A stretch of 64,000 nt of DNA from an uncultured Chloroflexia bacterium (GTDB taxonomy: Bacteria; Chloroflexota; Limnocylindria; Limnocylindrales; CSP1-4), in NCBI GenBank assembly GCA_963752475.1, contig CAVVYR010000014.1, positions 32,001 to 96,000 of the forward strand. The letters run 5' to 3'. This document shows, in pieces, positions 1 through 9,285 of this stretch; positions within the stretch are counted from its first letter, which is position 1, and each line of letters starts with the position of its first letter. Under the pieces are notes generated by a model, which saw only the letters and a program-made list of their open reading frames with translations, was not told the origin of the DNA and searched no databases. The translations under genes and the position numbers were made by a program.

Positions 1-782
1 GTGACACCGATGAACGCGTGGCCGTCGAAGACCGCGGGATCCTCGAGGTCTCGGGCGTGCTCGATCTGCACCGCCGGCTTGCCCACGATACCCACGAGGC
101 GCGTGAGCTCCTTGGTGTTGGCACTGTTGCGGCCGCCGACCACGACCACGAGGTCCACCGCCTCTGCGAGGTCGGTGGTGTCCTGCTGGCGGCGGATGGT
201 GACCGGACAGACGGTGTTGACGATCTTGAGCTCGTGGGCGCGAGTGGTGAGGTAGCCGGCAAGCTTCTCGAACTTCCACGGCGGCTGGGTCGACTGCGTG
301 AGCAGGGCCATGCGCTTCTTGCGTGGGATCTTCACCCAGTCCTCCTCTTCGTCGACGAGGATCGCATCCGGCGCATAGCCCAGGAGGCCCACGACCTCGG
401 GATGATTGGGTGTGCCCAGCAGGACCACGGTGTAACCCTCTTCGACGAGCGCGGCGAGCTCCTTCTGCTCCTGGGTCACCCAACTGCAGGTGCCATCGAT
501 GACGTCGAGGGAGCGGTCGTTGGCGCTGGCCATCACCTCCGGTGTCACACCGTGGGCGCGGATGACGACCGAGCTGCCCTCGCCGACTTCGTCGAGTTCG
601 TTCACAGGCACGACGCCCTCGTCACGCAGCTTGGTGTTCACGCCCTCGTTGTGTACGACCTGACCGAGCGTATGCGTCTTCTTGCCCTCGGCGGCGCTGA
701 TGCGCGCAGCGTCGATGGCTTCGCGCACGCCATAGCAGAAACCGGTGCGACGAGCGATGCGGACTTCGGAGACGGTACCCAT
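1..782 (-). CDS. ispH: 4-hydroxy-3-methylbut-2-enyl diphosphate reductase (IspH/LytB), 3' end runs off the window
   Basis: Absent from the ORF track; translated by hand from ATG at 782: MGTVSEVRIARRTGFCYGVREAI...DGTCSWVT...NTVCPVTIRRQ...VVGGRNSANT. This has the three Fe-S cysteines and the S-A-N-T loop of IspH. Confidence 0.95.
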   Translation of the reverse strand, partial: MGTVSEVRIARRTGFCYGVREAIDAARISAAEGKKTHTLGQVVHNEGVNTKLRDEGVVPVNELDEVGEGSSVVIRAHGVTPEVMASANDRSLDVIDGTCSWVTQEQKELAALVEEGYTVVLLGTPNHPEVVGLLGYAPDAILVDEEEDWVKIPRKKRMALLTQSTQPPWKFEKLAGYLTTRAHELKIVNTVCPVTIRRQQDTTDLAEAVDLVVVVGGRNSANTKELTRLVGIVGKPAVQIEHARDLEDPAVFDGHAFIGV

Positions 783-886
783 GGGACGGTAAGTATCGCA
801 TCGGCACTATGACTTGGTCGTGACGGGCATCTCTCCTCTGTCAGAGGCCCCTCGCACGGCTACCCTGCCGGCCCTGGCAGCAGCGG

Positions 887-1564
887 CTATGCGTCCGGCC
901 AAGGCTCCCATTTGCCACGGTGTCGGGGCTCGACGAGGGCCGCGATCCGCCGCATCAGCTCGGCGTCCGCAGCCTCGAGGGCTGCGCGCCGGTCGACGTC
1001 TGTGGGGATCGTCAGCGTGAACGGCCGGCCCACCCGCAGGATGATGCGGGTGCCGATGTTGGGCATCACCTGTTGGCGCCGAATGAGCTCGTCGGTGCCG
1101 CTGATGCCCACCGGCAGGACGGCCGTGCCGGTGCGGGTCGCGAGCATCGAGACACCCGGCTTGGGGTCGGTCATGACACCGTCGAACGAGCGCGTGCCCT
1201 CAGGCAGGATGGCTACCACGCCACCCTTGTCGAGGATGCCCTTGGCGGTCCGATAGGCGCCGATATCGCTGCCACCGGCCTTCACCGGTTCCGCGCCGAG
1301 GCTACGGATGAGCACACCGAGCGGGCCCGTGAACAACGCTTCCTTGGCCAGGAAGGTGGGCCGGCGCTCGAGGGCGGGGCTCAGCCAGCCGCCGATGAAC
1401 GGCGGATCGGCGTTGCTGAGGTGGTTGGCCGCGACGATGAGCGGACCCTCCGTCGGCAGGTCCTCGAGACCCTCGACACGGACACGTCCGATCGCCTGCA
1501 ACCCCAGGCGGCAGAGCCCGGCGATGATCGATGGGTACAACGTCATCGCCTGGTAGTCGCTCAT
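887..1564 (-). CDS. plsC: 1-acyl-sn-glycerol-3-phosphate (lysophospholipid) acyltransferase
   Basis: NHLSNAD (HX4D), FLAKEALF and PEGTRS acyltransferase motifs; ATGA overlap with cmk. Confidence 0.9.
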   Translation of the reverse strand: MSDYQAMTLYPSIIAGLCRLGLQAIGRVRVEGLEDLPTEGPLIVAANHLSNADPPFIGGWLSPALERRPTFLAKEALFTGPLGVLIRSLGAEPVKAGGSDIGAYRTAKGILDKGGVVAILPEGTRSFDGVMTDPKPGVSMLATRTGTAVLPVGISGTDELIRRQQVMPNIGTRIILRVGRPFTLTIPTDVDRRAALEAADAELMRRIAALVEPRHRGKWEPWPDA

Positions 1565-2247
1565 GCTCCGCTCGCTCCATCCGCGGTCTGCCTGATGATG
1601 CCGACGACTTCCGCCACGGTCTCGGCGAAGTCCTTGCCATCGGAATTGACGATGACAGCATCATCGGCGGCCTGCAGCGGCGCGATCTTGCGGGTGCTGT
1701 CGAGGTGGTCACGACGGACCAGATCGGCCAGGATCTCCTGCCCCTCGACCGAGTCGGGGGCCACCTCGCGCTGGGTCGCCCGCCGACGAGCCCGCTCCTC
1801 GGCTGAGACCTCCAGCCACAACTTCAGCTCAGCGTCCGGTAGCACGACCGTACCGATGTCGCGCCCCGCGAGGATGACATCGCCCGGGGCCGCGACCTCG
1901 CGCTGCCGTTCCAGCAGAGCTGCCCGCACCGTGGGGTGGGCGGACACGACGCTGACGTTGCGATCGACCTCGCCCACGTGCAGCTGGTCGGTCACGTCCT
2001 CGCCGGCGAGGCGGACGTAGCGCAGGTTGCCATGGTCGTCGGCCACCAGCTCGAGCTCCGGCACCACCGCCACCAGGGCCTCGGCATCGGTTGGGTCGAT
2101 CCGGCGCACGACCGCGGCGAGCGTGATGGCGCGGTAGACGATGCCGGTGTCGAGGAAGCGGTAGCCGAGCTCGGCCGCAGCAGCGGCGCCGACGGATGAC
2201 TTGCCGCTGGAGCCCGGCCCATCGACGGCCACGCGGACACCGCTCAT
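1561..2247 (-). CDS. cmk: Cytidylate kinase
   Basis: VAVDGPGSSGKS P-loop, LDTGIVYRA, GRDIGTVVLPDA. Confidence 0.95.
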   Translation of the reverse strand: MSGVRVAVDGPGSSGKSSVGAAAAAELGYRFLDTGIVYRAITLAAVVRRIDPTDAEALVAVVPELELVADDHGNLRYVRLAGEDVTDQLHVGEVDRNVSVVSAHPTVRAALLERQREVAAPGDVILAGRDIGTVVLPDAELKLWLEVSAEERARRRATQREVAPDSVEGQEILADLVRRDHLDSTRKIAPLQAADDAVIVNSDGKDFAETVAEVVGIIRQTADGASGA

Positions 2248-3014
2248 CGGCCGGCCCTGGTGGCGGCCAGGCGTTCACGCTCGGCGCTGGTCAAGGACCG
2301 TACGGCGCCAGGTGCGAGATCGTCGAGGCGAAGGGTGCCGATGCGCACGCGCACCAGCCGCTCGACGGGGGCATCGACAGCCGCGAACATCCGCCGCAGC
2401 TGCCGCTTCCAGCCCTGTGTCAGCACGGCTCGATACCAGGTCAGCCCGGGTCCACGTGGGTCGTCGAGGCGAGCGGCCTCGGTGTTCGTGGCGGGACGCA
2501 GGTCCGCGAGCGTGGCCAGGCCCTCGTCGAGCTCGATGCCCTCGACCAGCGCCTGGCCCTGCTCCTCGTCGATCCAGTGCCGAAGCCCGACCGCGTACTC
2601 GCGTTCCACGCCGTAGCGCGGGTGCAGCAGGTGCTGGGTCCAGTCACCGTCGTCGGTGAGCAGGATGAGGCCCTCGGAGTCCTTGTCCAGCCGGCCGACG
2701 GGGTAGAGGCGCGCGCCAGAGCGCTTGACCTCGTCAGGCAGGAAGTCCAACACCGTGGCCGTGGCGTGGCGGTCGCTGACGGTGCTGGTGATGCCTGCGG
2801 GCTTGTTCAGGACGAGGTAGGTCCGCCGGCCGGCGGGCACGACCGGGCGACCATCGACCGCGAGCGCATCCACGGTGGGGTCCACCTTCTGGCCGGTCAC
2901 GGCAGTCTCGCCGTTGACCGTGACCCGCCCTTCGGCCACCAACGTGTCGGCGGCACGCCGGGAGGCCACGCCGGCGTCGGCCAGCGCCTTCTGTACGCGG
3001 ACGGGATCAGGCAT
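2244..3014 (-). CDS. rluB: 23S rRNA pseudouridine synthase (RsuA/RluB family)
   Basis: N-terminal S4 domain (RVQKALADAGVASRR), LNKPAG, catalytic GRLDKDSEGL; follows scpB. Confidence 0.85.
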   Translation of the reverse strand: MPDPVRVQKALADAGVASRRAADTLVAEGRVTVNGETAVTGQKVDPTVDALAVDGRPVVPAGRRTYLVLNKPAGITSTVSDRHATATVLDFLPDEVKRSGARLYPVGRLDKDSEGLILLTDDGDWTQHLLHPRYGVEREYAVGLRHWIDEEQGQALVEGIELDEGLATLADLRPATNTEAARLDDPRGPGLTWYRAVLTQGWKRQLRRMFAAVDAPVERLVRVRIGTLRLDDLAPGAVRSLTSAERERLAATRAGR

Positions 3015-3771
3015 CCGGGTCGGGCGCCCCGCCGGGCTCAGGCTCCTCGCGATCCTCGGCGGCCCCCTCGGGGCTCTCGGCGGCCCGCTCGGCCTCCGCG
3101 CCGTCTCCGTCCTCGGACTTGGCGTCTTCCTCGGCCTGGGCCAGCTGGGCCGCGATCTCCGCCTCCAGCGGCGGCAGGTCGTCGAGCGAGGTCAGCCCGA
3201 AACGCTCCATGAACTCCATGCTCGTGCCGTAGAGGATGGGCCGGCCGGGGGTCTCTGCCCTGCCCTGCTCGTGGATGAGCCGGCGATGCAGCAAGCCGCG
3301 CACGACATGACCGGAGTCGACGCCACGGATGCGCTCGATGACGCCGCGCGTGACCGGCTGGCGGTACGCGACGATGGCAAGCGTCTCGAGCGCTGCCGGC
3401 GAGAGGCGCACGGCGTCGGCCCCGAGGTAGCGGGCGATGAGCGCACCGCTCTCGGGCGACGTGCCCAGCATGACGCGGTCGCCCTGGCTCACGAGGCGGA
3501 TGCCGCGCTCACGCAGCTCGACCTCCAGGTCGCCGAGCCGCTCGTCGACCTCGTCGGCGCTCAGGCGCGCGACCGTGCGCAACTCCTGCCGCGACAGCGG
3601 TCGCTCGGCCACGAACAGCAGCGCCTCCAGGTCGGCGACCGAGGCCCCACCGCGTTCGTCGTCCTCCGCTTCCACTTCGACCGACTCGGGCGTGATCTCC
3701 ACGTCGAGCTTGGCGACCTGCTCATCCTCGTCTGGGCCCGGGCCGACCGGGATGACCTCCGGCTCGGTCAT
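3007..3771 (-). CDS. scpB: SMC-Scp complex subunit ScpB
   Basis: LEALLFVA, LSPAALETLAIVAYRQPVTR, IRGVDS, GRPILYGT, FGLTSLDDLPPL. Confidence 0.95.
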   Translation of the reverse strand: MTEPEVIPVGPGPDEDEQVAKLDVEITPESVEVEAEDDERGGASVADLEALLFVAERPLSRQELRTVARLSADEVDERLGDLEVELRERGIRLVSQGDRVMLGTSPESGALIARYLGADAVRLSPAALETLAIVAYRQPVTRGVIERIRGVDSGHVVRGLLHRRLIHEQGRAETPGRPILYGTSMEFMERFGLTSLDDLPPLEAEIAAQLAQAEEDAKSEDGDGAEAERAAESPEGAAEDREEPEPGGAPDPDA

Positions 3772-4667
3772 GCCTGCGCCGCCGTCGAACGGCAGACGAT
3801 GGGGCCGAACGGCTCGTCCTGCTCGACGAAGAGCTCGCGGCCCTTGACCAGCTCGAGCATGGCCAGGAAGGTGACCGCTACGACGACCCTGTCGCTGAGG
3901 TCCTCGAGCAGGTCCTGCAGCACGACCACGGGCGTGTCGGTCAGCGCCGAACGGATGATGGCGGCGCGCTCATCGAGCGTGACGAGGCGCAGCACGACTT
4001 CTGGCGGAGGAGGTGGCGGCGGCACCTTGTGGAGTGCCTTGCGCAACGCTTCCGCGAGCACCGACGGATCCAGCGGCGGACCCTCGTCCGGCCGCGAACC
4101 GGCCTTGGCCGAGGCCACCGCCGCGATGGGCTCGCGTCGGAAGACCTCCCAGCCGCTCTCGAGGCGGCCCTTGAGGTCACGGCCGGCGTCGCGGTACATG
4201 CGGTAGAGGATCAATCGCTCGCGCAGGGCGGCCTCGGGGTCGGGTCCCTCATCGACCGGGATGGCCACCAGCTTGGGACGCGGCAGGATGGCCCGGCTCT
4301 TGATGAGGATGAGCTGACTGGCGACCGTGACGAAGGAGCTGATGTGCGACATCTGCGCTTCGTCCAGCGCGGCCAGGGCTTCGAGGTAGGCACCGGCGAG
4401 ATCACCCAGCGGCACCTCGAGGATGTCCAGTTCGCGCTGCTCGATAAGGCCCAACAGCAGGCCCAACGGGCCGTCGTAGCCCTCGACCGCGATATGGGCA
4501 GCGCGGTCCGGGTGGTCGGCGTCGGTGAAGCGCACGCGGGTATCGCCTCGAACCGGCTGGCGCAGCGGGGGGAAGACATGGCCACCGGACTCCGATGTCT
4601 CCGGAGCTGCGCGGCCGGCGCGCCGGGCGGGGCCGGCCATCGTGGGCCGGGCGATGGTATCAGTCAT
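3768..4667 (-). CDS. scpA: Segregation/condensation protein ScpA (kleisin)
   Basis: YDGPLGLLLGLI, LILIKSRAILP, VTFLAMLELVK...QDEPFGPI; adjacent to scpB. Confidence 0.93.
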   Translation of the reverse strand: MTDTIARPTMAGPARRAGRAAPETSESGGHVFPPLRQPVRGDTRVRFTDADHPDRAAHIAVEGYDGPLGLLLGLIEQRELDILEVPLGDLAGAYLEALAALDEAQMSHISSFVTVASQLILIKSRAILPRPKLVAIPVDEGPDPEAALRERLILYRMYRDAGRDLKGRLESGWEVFRREPIAAVASAKAGSRPDEGPPLDPSVLAEALRKALHKVPPPPPPPEVVLRLVTLDERAAIIRSALTDTPVVVLQDLLEDLSDRVVVAVTFLAMLELVKGRELFVEQDEPFGPIVCRSTAAQA

Positions 4668-4687
4668 GGAAGTCCCTCTCCACCGCT

Positions 4688-5179
4688 TCAGGATGCCTCA
4701 TCGGCCAGCTGCAGCGCCACGCCCGCATCGGGATCGAGGGGATCGGCCTGGTGCCGGATGAGCTCGGCCGTGCGCTCGCTGCACCCGGCGTCGAGCGCGA
4801 GGCGAGCGGAGTCGTCGGCGTGGTTGCGCAGCCGCTCGAATGCTGCGCCGAACCCGGGGAGGTGGGAGAAAGCGTGCGTCACGCCCTCACCGTAGCGCTC
4901 TCCGAGCGACCACGCGACGCGATGCCACAGCCGTGTATCCGGCCTCTTGGAGCTGTCGTGCAGCAGCGCTGCCAGCAGCAGCTCCCGGTCGTCGCCACGC
5001 TCGGCCCGCAGCGCGGTCGCGACATCGAGCCCGTGCCGCTGATCGGCCCGGTGCATCGAATCGAAGAGCCGCAGCTGCGGCTCAGTGAGCCAGCCCTTGA
5101 GCTCCGCGTGCTCCTCGTCGCTGACACGCCCGAAGACGTGCCGCACGGTCTGGCGGACCTTGGTCGACCACCAGCTCAC
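4688..5179 (-). CDS. HD-domain protein (putative phosphohydrolase)
   Basis: DQRHG...AALLHDSSK...HADDSA...HQ...LQLAD HD-type residues. Start reassigned to GTG 5179, just after the upstream stop. Confidence 0.75.
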   Translation of the reverse strand: MSWWSTKVRQTVRHVFGRVSDEEHAELKGWLTEPQLRLFDSMHRADQRHGLDVATALRAERGDDRELLLAALLHDSSKRPDTRLWHRVAWSLGERYGEGVTHAFSHLPGFGAAFERLRNHADDSARLALDAGCSERTAELIRHQADPLDPDAGVALQLADEAS

Positions 5180-5180
5180 G

Positions 5181-5879
5181 TCAGACGCCCAGCAGGAAGC
5201 GGACGATGCCGTAGATGATGTCACCGAGGATGCCGCCACCGCCGATCCAGATGACCAGCAGCACACCGAAGAAGAGCATGGGGATGACGTTGGCGTACTG
5301 GATCTCGAGGTCCTCGAGCTGACGCGCGAGGCTTGTGGGCACGATGCCCTTGAGCACGGCCCAGCCATCGAGCGGTGGGATCGGGATGAGGTTGAAGATG
5401 AAGAGCAGCACGTTGAGCGTCAGCAAGAGCCAGCCGACCTCCCAGAAGAGGCCGCCCAGTGGGTTGTCCAGGATGAAGTCGACGGCGTCGGCGTTGCCGC
5501 GGGCCCAGCGCATGGGTAGGGCCACGATGAGCGCGATGACGAGGTTGCTGGCTGGGCCGGCGAAGGCCACCAGCGCGTGTCCCTGGCGCCCGTAGCGCAT
5601 GTTCATGGGGTTGACAGGCGTGGGCTTGGCGTAGCCGAAGAGCAGGCCGAAGATGCCCAGCGCGTTGAGCACGGCCGTGCCGGCGAGGATGAGGCCGCCG
5701 GTCTGGTCGAAGTGAGCGCGCGGATCGAGCGTCACACGGCCCATGAAGCGGGCCGTGTTGTCGCCCAGCTTCATCGCCGTCCACGCGTGCAGTGCCTCGT
5801 GCACGGGAAACCCTACGAGCAGCATCGTGGCCACCACGATGAAGGCCGAGAAGAGTGCCTGGACGAGGTCCTGGTCCAT
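5181..5879 (-). CDS. Site-2 protease family (peptidase M50) membrane protein
   Basis: HEALH zinc motif, AGPASN, FNLIPIPPLDG. Confidence 0.92.
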   Translation of the reverse strand: MDQDLVQALFSAFIVVATMLLVGFPVHEALHAWTAMKLGDNTARFMGRVTLDPRAHFDQTGGLILAGTAVLNALGIFGLLFGYAKPTPVNPMNMRYGRQGHALVAFAGPASNLVIALIVALPMRWARGNADAVDFILDNPLGGLFWEVGWLLLTLNVLLFIFNLIPIPPLDGWAVLKGIVPTSLARQLEDLEIQYANVIPMLFFGVLLVIWIGGGGILGDIIYGIVRFLLGV

Positions 5880-5898
5880 CAGGCGTCAGCTCGGTCGA

Positions 5899-6699
5899 TC
5901 ACAGGCGACCCAGAAGCTCCGCCTTCTTGGCCTCGTACTCCTCGGCCGTGATGGTGCCCACGTCGCGGAGCCTGGCCAGCTCGCCCAGGACGGCGGTGAC
6001 CTCGTCAGGCGTATCGGCACGGGTGGGGTCTTCGCCACCGGAGACGTCGATGCGGCTGGTGTCCGGCTGAGGGGCCTGAGCTGGAGCGGCGGCAGGGGCC
6101 GCGGCCGGCGTTGGGGCCGGCGCGGGTCGGGACGCCCTGTAGCCGTCGCCGTCGCCGCCCTCGGATGACTGAAGCTCGTGCTTGGCCGTCATCATGGCCT
6201 TCTTGAAATCCTTGGCGTGGTTCAGCCGATGGAGCATGTCGGCGCCCTGGATGGGTGCGGCGGTGAGCACCTCCATGTGCCCATAGTCGAGGATGCGCCC
6301 GAGCCAGCTGATCTCCAGCTGAGCGTCGTTGATCTTCTCCAGCGAGCTGTCCGAAGCCGACTTGTTGATCACGCCCCAGGCCAGCACCAGTCGGTAGGTG
6401 GTGACCAGGAACTCCTGTGTGCGCCACCACCACCAGCGGATGGCCACGACGGCGATGCCGCCGAGCAGCGTGATGAGCGTGGCCGCCATGCCCAGCGACC
6501 CGAACCAGGTGTCATCACCGAAGACGTTCCGGTCCATGAACTCGTCGGGCACGATGATACGGGCGATGATGAGCACGATGGTGATGCCCCACAGGATGAT
6601 GGCCATCCAGCTGTCCAGGACCAGGGCGATCGGGTGCTGGCGTTCGCGCCGCAGGATGCGCTCGTCCGGTGTGAGCAGCGATTCGGCGTAGGTCCCCAT
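5899..6699 (-). CDS. Membrane protein with bacterial PH domain and C-terminal SHOCT domain
   Basis: Two TM helices; FLVTTYRL...GVINK...LEKIND...LGRILDYG (bPH_2-like); C-terminal LGELARLRDVGTITAEEYEAKKAELL (SHOCT). Confidence 0.75.
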   Translation of the reverse strand: MGTYAESLLTPDERILRRERQHPIALVLDSWMAIILWGITIVLIIARIIVPDEFMDRNVFGDDTWFGSLGMAATLITLLGGIAVVAIRWWWWRTQEFLVTTYRLVLAWGVINKSASDSSLEKINDAQLEISWLGRILDYGHMEVLTAAPIQGADMLHRLNHAKDFKKAMMTAKHELQSSEGGDGDGYRASRPAPAPTPAAAPAAAPAQAPQPDTSRIDVSGGEDPTRADTPDEVTAVLGELARLRDVGTITAEEYEAKKAELLGRL

Positions 6700-6722
6700 C
6701 TCGCGTCAACTCTCCTTCCCCG

Positions 6723-7658
6723 TCAGGCGCGCGGGTGGGCCCGCGCGTAGACCTGTCGGATGCGTTCTCCGGTGATGTGTGTATACAGCTGTGTGGTGGT
6801 GATGCTGGCGTGCCCCAGGAGCTCCTGGACCACGCGCAGATCGGCCCCGCCCTCGAGCAGGTGTGTAGCGAAACTATGCCGCAACGTGTGCGGAGTGACA
6901 CGCGCGGACAGTCCGGCCTTGGCGGCGGCGGCTCGAAGGATGCGCCAGGCGGACATCCGATCGAGTCGCCGGCCCCGGGCTGAGGTGAATAGCGGTTCGC
7001 GGCCGAGCTGTGCCGGATCGACCCCTTCGCGGCCCTCGTCACGTGCCTCGAGGTAACGCTCGATGGCCTCCTGCGCCAGGTCGCCGACCGGCACCAGCCG
7101 CTCCTTGTCACCCTTGCCGATGACGCGCACGAACCCGCCCGCGTAGCGGTCTTCCCGATCGAGGCCCGTGGCTTCGCTCACGCGCAGCCCAGCCGCATAG
7201 AGCAGCTCGAGGAAGGCCCGGTCCCGCAGCGCCAGCACGCCCTCGCCCTTGGGGGCTTCGAGCAGCGACTCGACCTCCTGCTGGTCAAGCGTGTCGGGCA
7301 GGCGTTGCGACTGGCGGGGCAGGTCGATGAGGGCGGCGATGTCAGCCTCGATGAGCTCCTCCGCATAGCAGAAGCGATAGAAGGCCCGGATCGAGGCGGC
7401 TTTGCGCCTCAGGCTCGTCGGACGCAGCACGCGCGGCGGTCGGGTCATAGCCCCGAGGTAGCCGCGGGCCGGCTCCGCTGATGTGGCCCAGGCTTCGATA
7501 CCCGGCGCGTCACGCCCGAACATGCGCAGGTCGGAGCCGTAGGCGCGGATGGTCGCCACTGCGAGGCCACGCTCGACACGCAGGTAGTCGGCATATGCCT
7601 CCACGGCAAACACGAGGTCGCGCGGCGTTTCGACCATGCTCCCGCCGCCGTCGCTCAT
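6723..7658 (-). CDS. xerD: Tyrosine recombinase XerD
   Basis: [55 protein letters not shown]; ends HPRA; N-terminal VERGLA is XerD-like. Confidence 0.85.
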   Translation of the reverse strand: MSDGGGSMVETPRDLVFAVEAYADYLRVERGLAVATIRAYGSDLRMFGRDAPGIEAWATSAEPARGYLGAMTRPPRVLRPTSLRRKAASIRAFYRFCYAEELIEADIAALIDLPRQSQRLPDTLDQQEVESLLEAPKGEGVLALRDRAFLELLYAAGLRVSEATGLDREDRYAGGFVRVIGKGDKERLVPVGDLAQEAIERYLEARDEGREGVDPAQLGREPLFTSARGRRLDRMSAWRILRAAAAKAGLSARVTPHTLRHSFATHLLEGGADLRVVQELLGHASITTTQLYTHITGERIRQVYARAHPRA

Positions 7659-7659
7659 C

Positions 7660-8499
7660 TCAGTCCGGCAGGAGCGTGGCCTTCTGGCGCAGCAGGTCCC
7701 AGAAGGGCAACGTCCCCCGTGGCTGGAGGAAGGTGATGGGTCTCTCGGCGGCGGCGATCTCGACCTGGCTGCCGACCTCGAGCGGGACGTCGATGCGACC
7801 GTCGATGCTGAGCAGACAGTCGTAGGCCGCCTCCACGGTGACGGTCACCGCGTGCTGCGGACCGACGACGCTCGAGCGCAGTGGTGTGAGGTAGGCCGCG
7901 ATGGGGGTGACCACCAGGTTGCGGCTGGTGGGCTCGATGATGGGTCCACCCGCGCTGAAGCTGTAGCCGGTGGAGCCGGTGGGCGAGGCCACGACCACGC
8001 CGTCCGAGGTGTAGGTCGCGATGCGCGAGTCGCCGACATCGACCTGCAGGCGCATGACCTGGGCTCGGCCGCCGCGGACCACCGCCGCCTCGTTGAGCGC
8101 GAACTGGGGCTCGCCTACCGCCGCTCCGGTAGCATCACGGACCCGGACCTCGAGCATCAGGCGTGGCTCCAGCTCGTAGTCACCGGACAGCAGCTGAGCC
8201 AGCAGGTCCTCGAGCGAGTGGCTCTCGACCTTGGACAGGAAGCCGACCTTGCCCAGGTTGACGCCGACCAGCGGCACGCCGACATCGGCGACCATCTGCG
8301 CCGCGCGCAGGAACGTCCCGTCACCACCGAGCACGACGAGGGCGTCGGTCGTCTCCAGCGCGCCGGGCTCCTCGGGTGCCTGGTCCGAGGGCAACGCCCA
8401 TGTCTCGAGCCCATGGTCCGCGCACCAGGCCAGTCCGTGGTCCCGCAGCTCGAGGGCCTCGTTCGAGGTGGGGTTGAAGGCGAAGCCGACCCGCTTCAC
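7660..8499 (-). CDS. nadK: NAD(+)/NADH kinase
   Basis: GGDGTFL, NLGKVGFL, ALNE, DGVVVASPTGSTGYSFSAGGP. Confidence 0.95.
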   Translation of the reverse strand: MKRVGFAFNPTSNEALELRDHGLAWCADHGLETWALPSDQAPEEPGALETTDALVVLGGDGTFLRAAQMVADVGVPLVGVNLGKVGFLSKVESHSLEDLLAQLLSGDYELEPRLMLEVRVRDATGAAVGEPQFALNEAAVVRGGRAQVMRLQVDVGDSRIATYTSDGVVVASPTGSTGYSFSAGGPIIEPTSRNLVVTPIAAYLTPLRSSVVGPQHAVTVTVEAAYDCLLSIDGRIDVPLEVGSQVEIAAAERPITFLQPRGTLPFWDLLRQKATLLPD

Positions 8500-9281
8500 G
8501 CGCCCTCCTCCGACGGGACTCGCAGGTGCAGGAAGAACTCGTGGTTCCCGCTGGGGCCGACGAGCACCGATTCCGTCTCGGCCACGACCTCCAGGCCAAG
8601 GCCGAGGGCATGGTCACGTACACGTGCCACGGCCTGAGCGCGGGCGTCCGGATCGCGCACGACGCCCTTGGGCACTTGCGCGGGGCTGAGCTCGAACTGC
8701 GGTTTCACCATGGGCAGGATGTCACCACCGGGGTCGACATGTGCGGCCATGCCGCGCAGCAGTCGAGTGAGCGAGATGAACGAGACGTCGGCGACGACGA
8801 GGCTGGCACGCTCAGGCAACTCCAGCGGATCATCGGAAGCCGGGTCCAGGCGGATGGCATGCGTGCGCTCCATGCTGACGACGCGCGCGTCCTGGCGCAA
8901 CGACTCCGCCAGCTGACCACGGCCCACATCGAGAGCATAGACACGCCTCGCGCCACGCTGCAACAGGCAGTCGCTGAAACCACCGGTGGATGAGCCCACG
9001 TCGAGGCAGACTCGTCCGGACGGGTCCACGCCGAAGGCATCGAGGGCACCGGCCAGCTTCTCCCCGCCTCGCGAGACGTACGGAGGGAGGCTCTCGAGCT
9101 CGATCTCGATGTCCGGCGCGACCTGCTCTCCAGGACGGCGGTCGCGTCGAGCGGCGTCACCGGGCCCGACGCGTACCTGCCCGGCCATGAGCAGCGCCTG
9201 GGCCCGGCTACGCGTGGACACGAGGCCACGCTCCACGATGAGCTGGTCGAGACGGACCTTGCGGGGCTTGGCGGTGTTCAG
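8496..9281 (-). CDS. tlyA: TlyA family rRNA (cytidine-2'-O)-methyltransferase
   Basis: RLDQLIVERGL S4 domain, YVSRGGEKL, DVGSSTGGFSD, DVSFISL, VKPQFE, GPSGNHEF. Start is uncertain: CTG 9281 or ATG 9323 inside dxs. Confidence 0.92.
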   Translation of the reverse strand: MNTAKPRKVRLDQLIVERGLVSTRSRAQALLMAGQVRVGPGDAARRDRRPGEQVAPDIEIELESLPPYVSRGGEKLAGALDAFGVDPSGRVCLDVGSSTGGFSDCLLQRGARRVYALDVGRGQLAESLRQDARVVSMERTHAIRLDPASDDPLELPERASLVVADVSFISLTRLLRGMAAHVDPGGDILPMVKPQFELSPAQVPKGVVRDPDARAQAVARVRDHALGLGLEVVAETESVLVGPSGNHEFFLHLRVPSEEGA

Positions 9282-9285
9282 GCGT

